A stretch of 64,000 bases of DNA, from the NCBI GenBank assembly GCA_963764715.1, contig CAVXTP010000017.1, forward strand, positions 32,001 through 96,000, written 5' to 3'. Shown here piece after piece: positions 62,982 to 64,000 of this stretch. Each line of letters begins with the position of its first letter. Position 1 is the first letter of the stretch. A program made the position numbers and the translations under genes. The DNA is from an uncultured Acidobacteriota bacterium. Its GTDB lineage: Bacteria > Acidobacteriota > Thermoanaerobaculia > UBA5066 > Gp7-AA6. Under the pieces are notes generated by a model. It saw only the letters and a list, made by a program, of their open reading frames with translations. It was not told the origin of the DNA and made no database searches.

Positions 62982-64000
62982 TCATGCGGAGCGCGCCGCC
63001 CGGCCGCGCAGGGGCACCCGCACGCGGATCCGCGTGCCTCCCGGCCTCCGGGAATCCGCCTCGAAGGTGCCGCCGAGGCCGAGGGCGCGCGCCTTCATGT
63101 TGGCGAGGCCGTGCCCCGCGCACGCGCCGGCCGCGCCTTCCGCGAACCCGATCCCGTCGTCCTCGACCTCGATCGAAAGCGTCTGCGCCTCCGGCGCGAT
63201 GCGGATCGAGGCCCGTCCCGCGCGGGAATGGCGGGCGACGTTCGTCAGGGCCTCCTTGAGCACCAGGTAGATCTGCCGCCGGGTCTCGGGCTCGAGCGCG
63301 CGCTTCTCGAAATCCGGCGCGACCTCGAGGGTCCAGGCGATCCCCCGGCCCTCGAGGGCGTTCGCGGCGAAGTGCCGGATCCGCGCGAGCAGGCTCGCGG
63401 CGTCGTCCCGGCGCGGGTCCGTGGACCACACGATGTCGCTCATGGAGTCGACGAGCGCACGCGCCCGCTCGCCGATCTCCTGGAGCACCTTTCCGGGATC
63501 GCGGCCGGGCGATCCCCGCGGCAGCTCCGAGAGGATCGCGATCTCCGAGAGGCCGGCGCCGACGTCGTCGTGGAGGTCGGTGGCGACGCGCGTGCGGACC
63601 CGGTCGATCGCGAGCGCCCGCTTGAGGCGGCTGCGGTGGAGGGCGTAGGCCGCGGCGAGGGCCAGGAGAGCGAGGCCTCCGATCACCTCCGGCCGCTTCC
63701 AGAACGACGGGAGAACGCGGAAGCGGACCTCGGCCTCCCTCCCTCCCATCGATCCGTCGTTGGCGATGGCGCGCACGCGGAAGCGGTAGGCGCCCGACGG
63801 CAGCCTCGCGTAGACGACCGACGGCCGGGACGTCGGCGCGCTCCAGTCGCGGTCGAGGCCGTCGACCCGGTACTGGTAGCGCGGCCGGCCACCCGGCGCG
63901 AAATCGAGCGCGACGAAGTCGATCTCGACGGAGGTCGGCTCGGTCGCGCGCGCCGACAGCTGCGCCGAGGTCACGCCGAGCTCGGCGAAGGGCTCGCGGA
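62982..64000 (-). CDS. Sensor histidine kinase (Y_Y_Y + HisKA_3 + HATPase), 5' part outside the window
   Basis: YARLPSGAYRFRVRA, DLHDDVG, EALTNVARHS, EDDGIGF, GHGLANM. Confidence 0.92.
   Translation of the reverse strand, partial: REPFAELGVTSAQLSARATEPTSVEIDFVALDFAPGGRPRYQYRVDGLDRDWSAPTSRPSVVYARLPSGAYRFRVRAIANDGSMGGREAEVRFRVLPSFWKRPEVIGGLALLALAAAYALHRSRLKRALAIDRVRTRVATDLHDDVGAGLSEIAILSELPRGSPGRDPGKVLQEIGERARALVDSMSDIVWSTDPRRDDAASLLARIRHFAANALEGRGIAWTLEVAPDFEKRALEPETRRQIYLVLKEALTNVARHSRAGRASIRIAPEAQTLSIEVEDDGIGFAEGAAGACAGHGLANMKARALGLGGTFEADSRRPGGTRIRVRVPLRGRAARSA

Overview
A GC-rich bacterial window. Gene content (Cys-bearing SLH/IPT surface proteins, a zinc-ribbon Ser/Thr kinase, an ECF/anti-sigma/DUF4097 unit) suggests Acidobacteriota, but that is inference. 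About 55 CDS are supported; I found no rRNA, tRNA, CRISPR array or transposase. The centrepiece (about 21.2-44.8 kb) is a membrane-lipid supercluster: shc-hpnH-hpnA-hpnG-squalene synthase and dxs-ispH, interleaved with two inverted, paralogous inositol-lipid-type modules. The minus-strand module encodes a flippase-like TM protein, HAD phosphatase, ATP-grasp enzyme and CDP-alcohol phosphotransferase. The plus-strand module encodes a flippase-like TM protein, a 34-aa HAD relic, NTP transferase, ATP-grasp enzyme, class III aminotransferase, Gfo/Idh/MocA dehydrogenase, CDP-alcohol phosphotransferase and inositol-3-phosphate synthase. A di-iron ferritin-like protein and a TsdA-like diheme cytochrome lie between them. 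This is a candidate undescribed (amino)inositol-phospho-lipid or hopanoid-conjugate pathway. Other signals: a shared 18-bp palindrome in front of nifJ and methionine gamma-lyase, three genes whose N-termini lack a canonical start codon (possible ATC starts), a structured intergenic element inside the lipid operon, three families of intergenic repeats and a frameshifted alcohol dehydrogenase. All product calls come from motifs read by eye, not from database searches.
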